A stretch of DNA of 64,000 nt, taken from Candidatus Eiseniibacteriota bacterium (lineage in GTDB: Bacteria; Eisenbacteria; RBG-16-71-46). The translations under genes were made by a program, and so were the position numbers. The DNA lies in NCBI GenBank assembly GCA_963725865.1, contig CAVSAC010000009.1, positions 32,001 to 96,000 on the forward strand, in the 5' to 3' direction. The notes beneath the pieces were generated by a model that ran no database searches, had not been told where the DNA came from, and saw only the letters and a program-made list of their open reading frames with translations. Below are positions 12,802 to 25,254 of the stretch, piece after piece (position 1 is the stretch's first letter; each line of letters begins with the position of its first letter).

Positions 12802-14016
12802 CCGGGCGCAGCGCCTGGGTCCCGGTCGCCCGCTGGGAGCTGTTCCGGATCCTGCGCCGGGCGGACTTCGTCGTCTCGGTGCTGCTCACCCCGCTCATCA
12901 CCCTCGGGGCGATCTGGCTCGGCGGCGCTCTGCGCGGCGGACCCGCGAAGGTGGCGGTGGTCTGGCTCGCGCCCTCCGGCGCGGCGCTCCCCGCCGCCGC
13001 ATCGCCAGCGCTGCCCGCGCGCGCCCGCGTGATCTGGCGCCCCGCGCCCGCGACCGGCGCCGATCGCGAGGCGCTCATGCGCGAGATCGTGGCGAAGCGT
13101 CTCGATGGCGCGGTCGTCGTGCCGTCCGGCTACGCCGGCGGCGACTCCATCGACGTGCTCTCACGCCGCGCCAGCCCACGCTGGGGACGCGAGGTCGGCT
13201 CCGCGCTGCTGGTGCGCGCGCACGAGGCGCGCGCCGCCGAGCTCGGGATCCCAGTCGCGGATCTCGAGGCGCTCGATCGTCCCCTCGCGCTGCGGGAGCG
13301 GACCGCGGTGGCGCCGCGCCCGGGCGGCACGCGCGCCGAGCGCGTCGCGGTGCTCGCGCTGCTGACCCTGATGATGGCGGTGCAATTCTCGACCATCTCG
13401 TATCTCATGATCGGGATCAGCGGCGAGAAGCAGGCCCGCGTCACCGAGGTGGTGGTCTCGGCGGTGCCGGCGCAGGCCTGGATGGACGGCAAGCTGGTCG
13501 CGTTCACCGTCGTCGGGCTCATCATGGCGGTGGTGTGGGCGGGCTCGGCGATCGCCGCCGCCGTGCTGCTCCGCCTGCCCCTGCCCGGTCTGGTGCGCCC
13601 GCTGCCGCTGCTCCTCACGCTGGCGTACACGACCCTCGGGCTCTACCTGTACAACGCGCTGTTCGCCGCGCTCATGGCCACCCTGCAGGGCCTCCAGTCC
13701 ACCGCCAAGTTCCAGGGTTACTTCTTCATGCTCCCGTTCGTCCCGTTCTTCTTCATCGGACCGCTCATGGAGGATCCGGATGCCGGCTGGATGGCGGTCC
13801 TCTCGCTGGTGCCGCTGTTCTCGTCGAGCCTGATCCCGGCGCGGCTCGCCTCGGGCACGGTGCCGGCATGGGAGGTCGGCGCTCGGACTGGCGCTGCTGG
13901 CGCTCGCGTGCTGGGGGATGCGCGGGGTGGCGGGGCGCATCTTCCGTGTCGGCATGCTGCTCTACGGCAAGGACGTCACGCTGCCCGAGATCGTGCGCTG
14001 GGGACGCGAGGGATGA
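12798..14016 (+). CDS. ABC-2 permease, NatB-like (frameshift near 13885)
   Basis: EKQARVTEVVVS...MDGK motif, multiple TM helices, C-terminal IFRVGMLLYGK. Confidence 0.85.
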
Positions 14017-15369
<1,353 letters not shown>

Positions 15370-15406
15370 ACCTGCCGTCTTCCCCGAGCGGGCCTTCGCC
15401 GTCGCG

Positions 15407-16208
15407 CTAGCGGGGGGCGCCCGGCGCGGGCGGGCGCAGCGAGGCGGCGAACTGCGACTCGACCTCGCTCATGTCCTCGGCCGCGAAGTAGGCCACCACC
15501 TGCTCGCGCATCCCGGGCCGCGTGTACACGTCGGCCCGCGGGTGCTCGATCACGTCGGCGATCACCTCGGCCACCTCCTCGACCGGCTGCGCGCCGGGCA
15601 GCGCGCGCGAGTCGAGGCCGCCGCCGAGCGCGTTCACGCCGAACTCGGTCGCGACCACGCCCGGGCGACACGGTCGAGACGTGGATGTCCGGAGTGCTCG
15701 CGCAGCTCCATGCGCAGGTTCGCGGTGAGCGCGTTGAGCGCGTGCTTGGCGGCGCTGTAGGCCGAGCGGACGGCGCGAACGGCACGCGCCCGAGCATCGA
15801 CGAGACGTTGATGATGTGGCCGCGCGCCGCGCTCCTTGAAGTGCGGCAGCACGGCCTGCATGCCGTAGAGCGCGGACTTCACGTTGACGAGCATCATCTC
15901 GTCGAGGTCGTCGTCGGTGAGCTCCGAGACCGGGCGCGTGATGCCGCGCCCGGCGTTGTTGACCCACACGTCGATGCGGCCGAAGCGCGCGAGCGCCGCG
16001 TCGAGCGACGCGCTCCACGTCGGCGCGCCGCGTGACGTCGGCGACCACCGCCAGCGCATCGGGGCCCGACCGCGCCGCGACCGCGCGCAGCTCCGCCGCG
16101 CGGCGCGCGACCAGCACCGACGCGGGCGCCGCGGCTGCCCGCCAGCCGCGCCAGCGCCGCGCCGATGCCGGCGCTCGCGCCCGTGATGACGATGACCTTG
16201 TCCTTCAT
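15407..16208 (-). CDS. SDR family oxidoreductase (apparent frameshifts)
   Basis: [18 protein letters not shown]. Confidence 0.88.
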
Positions 16209-16368
16209 GTTCGGTGGTCCTCGGGGGTTGGAGACGGGGCGGGGATCCGGCGGCGTCCGCGTCCGCGGCGGACCCTCACGCGCGCGGCGTCACGTGCGGC
16301 GCCGCCGCAGGATACACCGGGGCGCCGGGAGGGTCGCTTCCCCGTCGGCCACCGGCCGCTCCGGCGAC

Positions 16369-16396
16369 GGAGGCCCGGGCGGATGCCCGGGCCTCC
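16369..16396 (-). terminator. Hairpin downstream of the Cyc2-like gene
   Basis: 12-bp stem ggaggcccgggc/gcccgggcctcc; no U-tract. Confidence 0.5.
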
Positions 16397-16421
16397 ATGA
16401 CGCCGCGCGGTGCGCGAGGGC

Positions 16422-17627
16422 TCAGTAGCCGACCCAGGCGAACAGCTGCACCTGGTCGCTGATCGGGCCGCGGATGTTGTCCGAGCCGTGCGCCCAGTCG
16501 AGGCCGAAGCGCGCGTTCGGATTGACGTAGTAGGCCAGGTTCACCGTGCCGAGGCTGAGGTCTTGCACGCTGGTCGCGCCGTGCGACTTCGGCACGTACT
16601 CGTGCTCGTAGCGCGCGGTCAGCACCCAGCGCGAGTCCTTGTCGAGCAGGCAGGTGGCTTCGAGCATCCCGATGTGCGAGACGTCCGAGACGCCGTCCGG
16701 CTGGTCCTGGAGCTTGTCGTAGGTGTACCCCGGGATGAGCACCACGCGCCCGCGGTCGATGTACGCGCTGAGATCGCCCTGCACGTGCTGCGAGGACGTG
16801 CCGTCGAGCGTGCGCGGATCCTGGCGGTCGAGGTAGACGCGCGCCGTGTACATGTAGGCGCCCGCCTCGCGCATCACCCAGAGGTAGACGTTCTCGAGCT
16901 GGTTGAAGTTCTTCGTGTCCGGCCGGTGGACCAGCACGCTGTCGAAGCTGCGGCTGCTGTTGATGAGCCCGAGCGCGTACGACCAGTCCGACTTCACGCC
17001 GTTGAGCTCGAATCCCGCCGCCCCCAGCGTGACGCGGTCGTTCAGGTAGCCGGTCAGCGTGGTCTTGCGCGAGTCGGCGAGGTACGGGATGTCGGCGTCG
17101 TAGATGCCGGCCTTGACGTTGAGCGCGCCGTCCTTGCTGACGTCGTCGAGCTGCACGAACGCCATGCCGCTCTGCAGCGGACCCCCCGCGCCGGCGAAGT
17201 TGTTGTCGAAGTGGAACGAGACGCGCTCGGCCAGCGTGCCGGCGGTGTGGAACTCCACCTGGTTCTGCTGGAAGCCGCCCACCGTGCTGCGCTCGCGCGA
17301 TGACCCGCCGACGTCGGTCGCGGTGGAGTTCATCGCGTAGCCCACGTTGCCCACCAGCGAGATCGGGAACGCCTTGTTGGTGCTGTCCCACGGGGAGCTG
17401 CCCGGGTCGCCTACCATGCGGTAGCCGTTCTGCTTGAAGTGCATGCCGAAGACGTTGAGGCGCGGCGCCGCGAGGTGACACGAGGAGCAGGGCATGCCGT
17501 ACCGGCGTGCGAACAGCGGCAGCGCCGAGGACGGCGGGGCGAGCGCGGCGAGCGCGGTGAGGGCGAGTACGCTCGCGACCAGGGACGGGAATGCGCGTGT
17601 TCGGACCATTTCGCGTACCCACGACAT
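16422..17627 (-). CDS. Cyc2-like monoheme cytochrome c / outer-membrane porin fusion
   Basis: Signal peptide, then ALPLFARRYGMPCSSCHLAAPRLNVFGMHFKQNGY; amphipathic beta-strands; C-terminal aromatic (FAWVGY); GAGGAG RBS. Confidence 0.8.
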   Translation of the reverse strand: MSWVREMVRTRAFPSLVASVLALTALAALAPPSSALPLFARRYGMPCSSCHLAAPRLNVFGMHFKQNGYRMVGDPGSSPWDSTNKAFPISLVGNVGYAMNSTATDVGGSSRERSTVGGFQQNQVEFHTAGTLAERVSFHFDNNFAGAGGPLQSGMAFVQLDDVSKDGALNVKAGIYDADIPYLADSRKTTLTGYLNDRVTLGAAGFELNGVKSDWSYALGLINSSRSFDSVLVHRPDTKNFNQLENVYLWVMREAGAYMYTARVYLDRQDPRTLDGTSSQHVQGDLSAYIDRGRVVLIPGYTYDKLQDQPDGVSDVSHIGMLEATCLLDKDSRWVLTARYEHEYVPKSHGATSVQDLSLGTVNLAYYVNPNARFGLDWAHGSDNIRGPISDQVQLFAWVGY

Positions 17628-17805
17628 CGGGAGACTCCTCCGGACTATGGTGGAGTGTGGCCGGAGGGCGTGGAGGATCGATGGGGCCACCCACTCGCGC
17701 GGACCGGTCGCGAAGACCGCGGCCAGAGTGTTGTCGGAAACCGAACAGGCGGAGACTCAGCAGGCTGTCGCGCACCGGCGGTGATCGGTCTCGCAGCCGC
17801 CCCGC

Positions 17806-18062
17806 TCAACCGCGCGCCAGCCGCCAGTCCTTGACCAGACGCTCGACCATGGCCTCGATGCGGCGCGCGCGCGTCTCGGGGCGCTTGGCGTCGGTGATGT
17901 AGCGCACCAGCTGGCGGCGGTGGGAGGCGGCCATGCGGTGAACATCGCCTTCGCCGGCTTGGAGCCGCGCAGCGCCCGCGCCAGGTCGGCCGGCACGTAC
18001 ACCCGGGGCGGCCGCCCCGCGGCGGGGCGCCGCTGGCCCGCCGATCTCGCTTTCGTCGCCAT
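17806..18062 (-). CDS. YdeI/OmpD-associated family protein (indel near 17928)
   Basis: VPADLARAL...F...(S)HRRQLVRYITDAKRPETRARRI. Confidence 0.8.
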
Positions 18063-18082
18063 CGTCTCTCCGCGTGAGGGGT

Positions 18083-18487
18083 TCAGCGGTTCGCCACCCG
18101 GACCACCAGCTTCAGCGCGCTGAGGCGCTCGTCGAACGCGATCACCTTGATGTCCACCATGCCCAGCGCCAGCGCGGCGGCGCGCACCACGTCTTCCTTG
18201 ATGTGCGGCTGGCCCTTGGGCCAGACCGCCCACACCGCCGCGTCGCGACGCAGGGTCTTCTCGATGGTGGCGAGGCGTCGCAGCCCCGCGGGGCTCTCCA
18301 CCATCAGGAACACCAGGTCGGTCTCGCGCCGCACCCGGGCGGTCGCGATGTCGGCGGCGCGCGTCTGCAGCTCGGCGACGAAGCCGGGATCCATCAGCCC
18401 GAGCACCGCGACGCGCGCGCCGGGCTTGACGCCCAGCTTGTCGAGGCGGCTGCGCTTCGAGTAGCCCGCGGGCGGCGCGGGACTCAT
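18083..18487 (-). CDS. DUF3052-like protein
   Basis: GYSKRSRLDKLGVKPG...WAVWPK...GMVDIKVIAFDERLSALK. Confidence 0.8.
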   Translation of the reverse strand: MSPAPPAGYSKRSRLDKLGVKPGARVAVLGLMDPGFVAELQTRAADIATARVRRETDLVFLMVESPAGLRRLATIEKTLRRDAAVWAVWPKGQPHIKEDVVRAAALALGMVDIKVIAFDERLSALKLVVRVANR

Positions 18488-18674
18488 CGCGCGCACCCGG
18501 CGCCAGCGCCGCTCCGCGCGATCGCCGTCGGAGGCGAGCAGGCGATCCGACCGCGACCGCGGTGCGTGGTCGTACGACCCACCATGACCGGTGCGACAGG
18601 TTCCATGCCCTACGGAGTATCAGATGGCGGCGCTGGAATCCACACAAGGTTGCATCGGCGTCGCGGAAAGACGC

Positions 18675-19958
18675 TCACGCGCCGTGGCGCGCGAGTGAAC
18701 GTGCGAGCGGCGCGCGCAGCCGGGCGGGCGTCACGCGGCCGAGCGTGACGCGCGGGGTGCCACCCGCCGCGGCCAGCGAGGCGAGCGCGTCGGCGAGGCC
18801 GTCGAGGGCGGCGTCCACGTCGAGCGCGCCCCAGCGACGGTGCGGCGTGCCGGCGCCATCCCCCAGCCAGGGCTCGAAGCGCACCCGGCGCGCCTCGAGC
18901 CGGCCGGTCTCGCGCACCCGGCGCACGTCGACGCGCCCGATCAGCCGGCCGTCGTGGAGCACCGGCAGCACGTAGTAGCCGAACACCCGCTTCGGCTCGG
19001 GCACGTACACCTCGATGCGGTAGTCGAAGCCGAACAGCCGGCTGACGCGGTCCCGGTGCCACAGCAGCGAGTCGAACGGCGACAGCAGCGTGGTGCCGCG
19101 CGAGGCCACGCGCCGCCGCGCGGCGCGCTCGAGCGCCGGCAGGTCGCGCGTCAGCACGAACCACGGCCCGCGCGCGCCCTCGACCGCGATCTCGTTCACC
19201 AGGCCCTCGCGCACCGCGGCCCGCAGCGCGGCGTGGTGGGTGGCCACCGGCACGCGCGGGTAGGTCAGGTAGAGGCGCAGGTCGGTCGCGGTCGCCGCGC
19301 CCATGGCGTGGAGCGAGCGCTCGAGGTGCCAGCGCCGGAACGCGGCGGGCTCGAGCGGCTCGAGCGCGGCCAGCTCCGGAAGCACCCGCTCGGCGACGTC
19401 GTAGCGCTTGTGGAAGTTGGCGCGCGAGTGCACCAGCACCCGGCCGCGCATCCACAGCACGTGGAGCGCGTGCTGGGCCGGCTTCCAGTCCCACCAGCCG
19501 CCCGCCGCCGCCGGCCGGGCGTGCTCGAAGTCCGCGCTGGCGAGCGGGCCGCGGTCGCGGATCGCGTCCTCGACCACGCGCATGGTCGCGCCGTTCTGCT
19601 GCAGCCACGAGGTCCAGCCGGTGCTGTGGCCGCCGTAGTCGAGCATGGCGCGCTTCCACGCCGGCAGGTGCTCGCGCGGCACCAGGCAGGCGGCGTGGGC
19701 CCAGTACTCGAGCAGCACGCGGCGGCGGTAGATCAGGCGCTCGAGCGCGGCGCGGTCGAAAGCGCCGAAGCGGCTCCACAGCGTGATGAGGTGCGCGCGG
19801 TCGACGGCGTTGATGGAGTCGATCTGGATGCCGCCGGTGTCGCGGGCGAGGCGCTCCAGCGAGGCGGCGGTGAGCCGGCGCGTGCGCGGCCGGTCGAGGT
19901 GCTGGCGCTCGAGGAACAGCGCGGCCACGGCGGAGCGGGGAAAGGTGGGCGGGGTCAC
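18675..19958 (-). CDS. ycaQ: HTH_42 (YcaQ/AlkZ family) DNA crosslink repair glycosylase, YcaQ-like
   Basis: IQIDSI (QxD motif), [39 protein letters not shown]. Confidence 0.88.
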   Translation of the reverse strand: MTPPTFPRSAVAALFLERQHLDRPRTRRLTAASLERLARDTGGIQIDSINAVDRAHLITLWSRFGAFDRAALERLIYRRRVLLEYWAHAACLVPREHLPAWKRAMLDYGGHSTGWTSWLQQNGATMRVVEDAIRDRGPLASADFEHARPAAAGGWWDWKPAQHALHVLWMRGRVLVHSRANFHKRYDVAERVLPELAALEPLEPAAFRRWHLERSLHAMGAATATDLRLYLTYPRVPVATHHAALRAAVREGLVNEIAVEGARGPWFVLTRDLPALERAARRRVASRGTTLLSPFDSLLWHRDRVSRLFGFDYRIEVYVPEPKRVFGYYVLPVLHDGRLIGRVDVRRVRETGRLEARRVRFEPWLGDGAGTPHRRWGALDVDAALDGLADALASLAAAGGTPRVTLGRVTPARLRAPLARSLARHGA

Positions 19959-20236
19959 GTCGCCAGCCTGCCCGCTCGCGCGTCCGCCCGCAAGCGCCTG
20001 GGAGAGCGGCCGCGGCGCGCCCCGGCGCCCCGCGCGTCGCCGCCGTGGCCGGCGCCGGTCGCGGACGCACCGACCCGCGCCCGGATCCTTCACCCAGCGC
20101 CGTGTCTCCCTCGGGGTGGAACCACACCACGGAGCGCGGCGCCCGCGCCCCCGCGGGCCGGCCGCCGCGTCGTCGTACGGAGTCCCCCGACTCCCGCGGC
20201 CCCACGCGCGCCCGAGCGATCGGGCGCGCGTCGTGC

Positions 20237-21656
20237 TCAGTGCCCGGCGCCGGCGCGCGGCGGCGGGTATGCGCGCGCAAGCACGTCCACCAGGTGCACC
20301 ATGCGCACGCGCGAGCCGCGCTCGCTGGCGCCGCGCTGCATGTGGAGCAGGCAGCCCGGGTTCGACGCCACCACCACCTCGGGGGCCACGCGCTCGATCG
20401 AGTCGAGCTTCCGGCGCAGCTGCGCGTCGGCCATCGGCGGCGTGCGTGAGGTTGTAGACGCCGGCGCTGCCGCAGCACCAGTCGCTGTTCGGCAGGTCCA
20501 CCAGCACCACGCCGGGCAGGGCGCGCAGCAGCGGGCGCGGCGCCTCGCGCACGCGCTGCGCGTGCGCGAGGTGGCAGGGGTCGTGATAGCCGACGCGCAG
20601 CGGCTGGCGCCGGATCGTGCGCCGACGACAGCGGCGCGCGCGGCCGGGCAGCCCGAGCTGCGACCAGCACCTCGGAGACGTCGCGCACCTGCGCCGAGAA
20701 CGCCCGGCCTCCGTCGCCGCCGTCCTCGCCGAGCAGGTGGCCCATCTCGCGCAGCGCCGCGCCGCAGCCGGCGGAGTGCGACACCACGAAGTCGTAGCGC
20801 CCGGCGCGAACGCGCGCACGTTGCGGCGCGCCAGCGTCTTGGCCTCGTCGCGCGCCCGGCGTGCGCGTGCAGCGCGCCGCAGCAGCTCTGCGTCGCGCGG
20901 CCACGTGCACCTCGGCGCCGGCCAGCACCAGCAGCCGCACCGCCTCGTGGTTGGAGTGCGCGAACATCGTCTCCATGACGCACGTCGTGAAGAACGCCGA
21001 CGCGCGCCCGGGCGCGGCCGGCGGGATGGAAGACCAGCGCGTCGGCGCGCTGCTCCATGCGGCGCCCCCGCGGGCAGCGCCGCCGCCACGCGCTCGAGCG
21101 CGCGCTCGGCGCGCGGGGCGATCGCCGGCGTCATCGCGAGGCCGCGGCGCGCGAAGCCCGGCAGCAGCCCGCGCGCGCCGGCGAAGCGCGTGACGCGCCG
21201 AGCGGCCCGGTCTGCGTCAGGCGCAGCAGGTCGGCGGCCAGGTGCATGCGCTCGCGGTCGGGGAACAGCGTGCGCAGCACCCACGAGCCCAGCACCCGCG
21301 CCGGCGCTGACGGCCGCACCCGGCGCTCGATCTGGCCGCGCGTGGCCTCGAGCATGCGCGCAGTAGGGCACGCCCGCCGGGCACACGGTCTCGCACGCGC
21401 GGCAGTCGAGGCAGTGGTCGAGGTGCGCCACCAGCGGATCGCTGGGCGCGATGCGGCCCTCGGCGAGGCCGCGCATCAGGTAGATGCGCCCGCGCGGCGA
21501 GTCGGGCTCGATCTTGAGCGTGCGGTAGGTCGGGCACGCGGTCAGGCACAGGCCGCAGTGGATGCAGGTGTCGAGGTCGAGGCGCGCCGGCGCGTCGTCG
21601 GCGTCGAACCAGGCGCCGGACGTGCGGCGGCGCGTCGGGTGCGGAGGGGTGCTCAC
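20237..21656 (-). CDS. glcF: Glycolate/D-lactate oxidase Fe-S subunit (many apparent frameshifts)
   Basis: [27 protein letters not shown] domains, [18 protein letters not shown]. Confidence 0.85.
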
Positions 21657-21757
21657 GCGTGGCAGGATAACAGAGCCGCCCGACGCACCGCGGGCGGCCC
21701 ATGCTGGCGCCGCCCGCGGCTCTCCGGGTACGAGCGGAGAGGACGACTCGCTCGGGA

Positions 21758-22217
21758 TCACGTCGAGTCGTCGACATCGAAAGGACGAGGATGATGGTAG
21801 CGCCGCCGTCCGCGGGCGACACGCCGGTTCTGCGCCGTGGACCGGCGCCTGCGTCGTCCTGCCGAGGTGGAAGCGGTGCAGGACGCGGTGCAGCACCGGG
21901 GCGAGCAGCACGCCGACGCTGGCGAGCAGCACGACGCCGCTGTAGAGCGCGTAGGCCGAGGCGAACACCTTTCGCCGCCGGCGGTCGGTGCGGGCGTCCA
22001 CCGGGCCCATGCCGCCCAGGATCATCGAGGCGTTGTAGAGGCAGTCCACCCACGAGAGCCCGCCGATGACCCGGTAGCCGACGACGCCGATCGCGAGCGA
22101 GACGCCGAGGATGAGCGCGCCGACCACCGCGCTGCGCAGCACGCGCGCGCGGAACACCTGCAGGGGCGCGAGCGGCTCGTGGTGGCGTTCGAACTGCATC
22201 GGGTGCGTCCGCTTCAT
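21758..22217 (-). CDS. Small two-TM ion-channel-like membrane protein (3' end uncertain)
   Basis: [22 protein letters not shown]...HRVLHRFH; no stop in the same frame, so an indel is probable. Confidence 0.65.
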
Positions 22218-23249
22218 GGCACCAGCACCACCTTTCCGAAGTGCTCGCGCGCTCGATGCGCTCGTGCGCCGCGCGCGCGTCGGCGAGCGGCATCACGCGA
22301 TCGACGACCGGCTCGAGCCGCCGTCGGCGACGAAGCGCAGCACCTCGACGAGGTCGCGGCGCGTGCCCATCCACGAGCCCATCAGCGTGAGGTGGCGGCC
22401 GAACAGCACGTTCACGCTCGAGCTTCACGTCGGCGCCGATGGTGGCGCCGCAGGTGACGAGCCGGCCGTCGCGCGCCAGCGCGGCGAACGCCTGCTCGAA
22501 CACCGCGCCGCCGACGTGCTCGAACACGACCTCGACGCCCTTCCTGCCGGTGAGCGCGCGCGCCGCGCGCGGCGATGTCCTCGCCCGCGTGGTCGACCAC
22601 GTCGTGGGCGCCGAGCGCCCGCGCCTGCTCGAGCTTCGCGGCGCTGCCGGCGGTGGCGATGACGCGCGCGCCGAGCAGGCGCGCGATCTGGATCGCGGCG
22701 CTGCCCACGCCGCTGCCGGCGCCGATCACCAGCACGTCCTCGCCGGCGCGCACCTGCGCGCGCGCGACCAGCATGTGCCACGCGGTCAGGAACACCAGCG
22801 GCACCGCCGCGGCCTGCTCCCACGGCAGCGCGCCCGGGTAACGGGAGGCAGGTTCGCGCCCGGCACCGCCACGAGCTCGGCGTAGCCGCCGTTGCGCCGG
22901 CGCGCCGAGCACGTCGTGGTGCCGGCACAGGTTGTCGTCGCCGGCCACGCACGCCTCGCACGCGCCGCACGACAGCGTGGGTGCACCAGCCGCGGTCGCC
23001 CACCTTCGCGTGCCGCACGCCGGCGCCGACCGCGGCCACCTCGCCCACCACGTCGCTGCCGAGGATGTGCGGCATCTCGGGCTCCAGCCCCGGCAGGCCG
23101 CGACGCACCCACAGGTCGAGGTGGTTGATGCCGCACGCCTTGACCTCGACCACCGCCTCGTCCGCCGCGCAGGCGGGCTCGGCCACCTCGCGCGACTCCA
23201 GCACCTCGGGACCGCCGTAGCGGTCGAAGACGATCGCGCGCATCGTCAC
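22214..23249 (-). CDS. Zinc-binding dehydrogenase / quinone oxidoreductase, MDR family (frameshifts)
   Basis: [29 protein letters not shown]. Confidence 0.88.
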
Positions 23250-23250
23250 C

Positions 23251-25152
23251 TCATCCGCGCTCGCGCCGCATGCGGCGCTGGTAGAAGTAGGACACCGCCA
23301 GCAACGCCACGCCCACCAGCACCGCGCTCACGAAGCGCCAGAACACGTCCACCTGGGCGAGGTCGCCGAGCACGAACTTGAGCACCGTGAGGCCGAGCAG
23401 CCCGAGCCCGAGCCAGCGCAGGAACGACGAGCGCCCGCCCCAGCCGACCGCCACCAGCGCCGCGGCCTGCAGCGTCCACAGCGCGCTGGTGAGGAACGCG
23501 CGCAGCATGCCGACGCGTTGGGCTGCGGGCGGTACCCCCAGCTCGGGCGGGCGTGCCCAGCGGCCGCCGGTGCCCTCGAGCGCGCGCGCCAGGTGATCGG
23601 ATTCGGTGGCGCTGTAGATCAGCAGCATCACCATCGCCGCGGTGACCCAGCCGCGCGACAGCAGCCGGCGCCACTCGCCGCGGAAGCGCTCCTCGCGGCC
23701 GAGCAGTGCGCCGGTCAGCAGCAGCAGCACGAGGCCGCCGAGCATGCGCAGGCCGTGCGCGTCCACGAACGGCAGCGCCATGGCGTCGCCGCTGCGATCG
23801 AGCAGCGCGAACAGGTGCGCGAGGGCGCCGAGGAACGAGACCACCGCGCCGCAGCCGCGCAGCCACGCGCCGCGACGGCCGGCGCCGAGCCACACCAGCA
23901 CCGCGCCCTCGGCGAGCCACGCCAGCGACACGTACGACGAGCCCGCCCAGCGCTCGAGCGCGAGGGTGACGAACAGCGTCGCCGCCGCTGCGAGCGGGCG
24001 CCAGGCGTCGTCGCGCTCGCGGCGCGAGTCGATCCACCACGCCGCGGCGACGTACACCGCGGCCAGCGCGATCAGCAGCATCGCCGCCCGGCTCCGCCCG
24101 ACGTACTCGATGAACGGCCACGACACCAGCGCGAACATCAGGGGTGCGGTCACGATCACCGCCAGAGTGGCCGGGCGCGCGGGCTCCGGGTCGCGCGCCA
24201 GGCGCGCCACCGGCGCGAGCGCCGCGCCGCTGTAGAGCAGCGCGAGCCCGATCTGCAACGCCCAGCCCCAGTCGCCCTGCGGGAAGGTGGCGAACCACGT
24301 CACGGTGGTGAGCACCAGCGCCATCAGGTCGAGCAGCGACCAGCCCGCGCGCGCGGCGAGCACGAACACCACCACGTCCACCAGCGCGAGGTAGGCGAGC
24401 AGCTCCGGTGCGCCCAGATCGAAGCCGCGCAGGTGGAGCACGCTTGCCATCACCTGGGGCACGAACGCGCCGATCACGCCCAGCGCCGCCACGCCCTGCG
24501 AGCGGTAGCGCAGCCCGACCGCGACGCTGCCGAGCGCGACCACCGCCAGCAGTGGCAGCGCGGCCGCCGAGGGCAGGACGTGGAGCGTGAACCAGCCCAG
24601 GTAGATCGCGAGGTAGACGACGCCCAGGCCGATGCCGATGAGCGCGTGGCCGATCGGAGTGAGGGTGCGGGCCAGCCGGTCGCCGCGCCACACCAGCGCC
24701 AGTCCGAGCAGTACGCCGGCGATCACCAGGATGCCGGGGCCGAGGCGGCCGGTGGTGTAGCCCCACACGATGCTGAAGAACGCGCCCACCAGCACCAGCA
24801 CCGCGCCCACGTTCTGCAGCCACAGCCCGCCCACCATCTCCTCGGCTTGCGCCTGATCGAAGAACGCCCGCGGCGTGCCCGTCGCCACGGCGGGTGTGCC
24901 CGGCGGCGGCGGTGGTGCGATCGGCATGGGGGCGACGGGCGCCGGGAACGGGATCGGCGGAGGTGGCTGGGGCTCGGCGCCCGGCTCGCGCGGCGCGGGC
25001 ACGGCGGCGAGCGCCGCGCCGCGCTCGGCCTCGAGCTGGCGCACGCGCTCGCGCAGCTGCAGCGCCTCGCGCTCGGCGCGCAGCGCCACCACCAGCGCCC
25101 AGACCGGAAGCGCCAGCCAGGCGAGACTCAGCAGCGAGACCAGGAACCACAC
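23251..25152 (-). CDS. DUF2339 predicted membrane protein
   Basis: EEMVGGLWLQNVG, many TM helices, KFVLGDL...RFVSAVLVGVALLAVSYFYQR; GGAGG before GTG. Confidence 0.85.
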   Translation of the reverse strand: MWFLVSLLSLAWLALPVWALVVALRAEREALQLRERVRQLEAERGAALAAVPAPREPGAEPQPPPPIPFPAPVAPMPIAPPPPPGTPAVATGTPRAFFDQAQAEEMVGGLWLQNVGAVLVLVGAFFSIVWGYTTGRLGPGILVIAGVLLGLALVWRGDRLARTLTPIGHALIGIGLGVVYLAIYLGWFTLHVLPSAAALPLLAVVALGSVAVGLRYRSQGVAALGVIGAFVPQVMASVLHLRGFDLGAPELLAYLALVDVVVFVLAARAGWSLLDLMALVLTTVTWFATFPQGDWGWALQIGLALLYSGAALAPVARLARDPEPARPATLAVIVTAPLMFALVSWPFIEYVGRSRAAMLLIALAAVYVAAAWWIDSRRERDDAWRPLAAAATLFVTLALERWAGSSYVSLAWLAEGAVLVWLGAGRRGAWLRGCGAVVSFLGALAHLFALLDRSGDAMALPFVDAHGLRMLGGLVLLLLTGALLGREERFRGEWRRLLSRGWVTAAMVMLLIYSATESDHLARALEGTGGRWARPPELGVPPAAQRVGMLRAFLTSALWTLQAAALVAVGWGGRSSFLRWLGLGLLGLTVLKFVLGDLAQVDVFWRFVSAVLVGVALLAVSYFYQRRMRRERG

Positions 25153-25254
25153 GGCGCGACCCTCCGTGATCGAGGCGCGATGATCCGGACCGCCGCAGCA
25201 TAGCGCCAGCGGCCCGCGCGCGGAACCTCGGCCGCGCCCGTGGTAGGGTGCGGC

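Noticed and set aside
19960..20235. Spacer between glcF and the YcaQ-like gene as a riboswitch or sRNA
   Set aside because: Only short hairpins are present, with no motif of a riboswitch, SRP or 6S RNA that I can recognise.
18675..22217. Apparent 1180-aa channel-GlcF-YcaQ fusion
   Set aside because: The frame passes through low-complexity, out-of-frame sequence; each part has its own plausible start and the region is full of indels.
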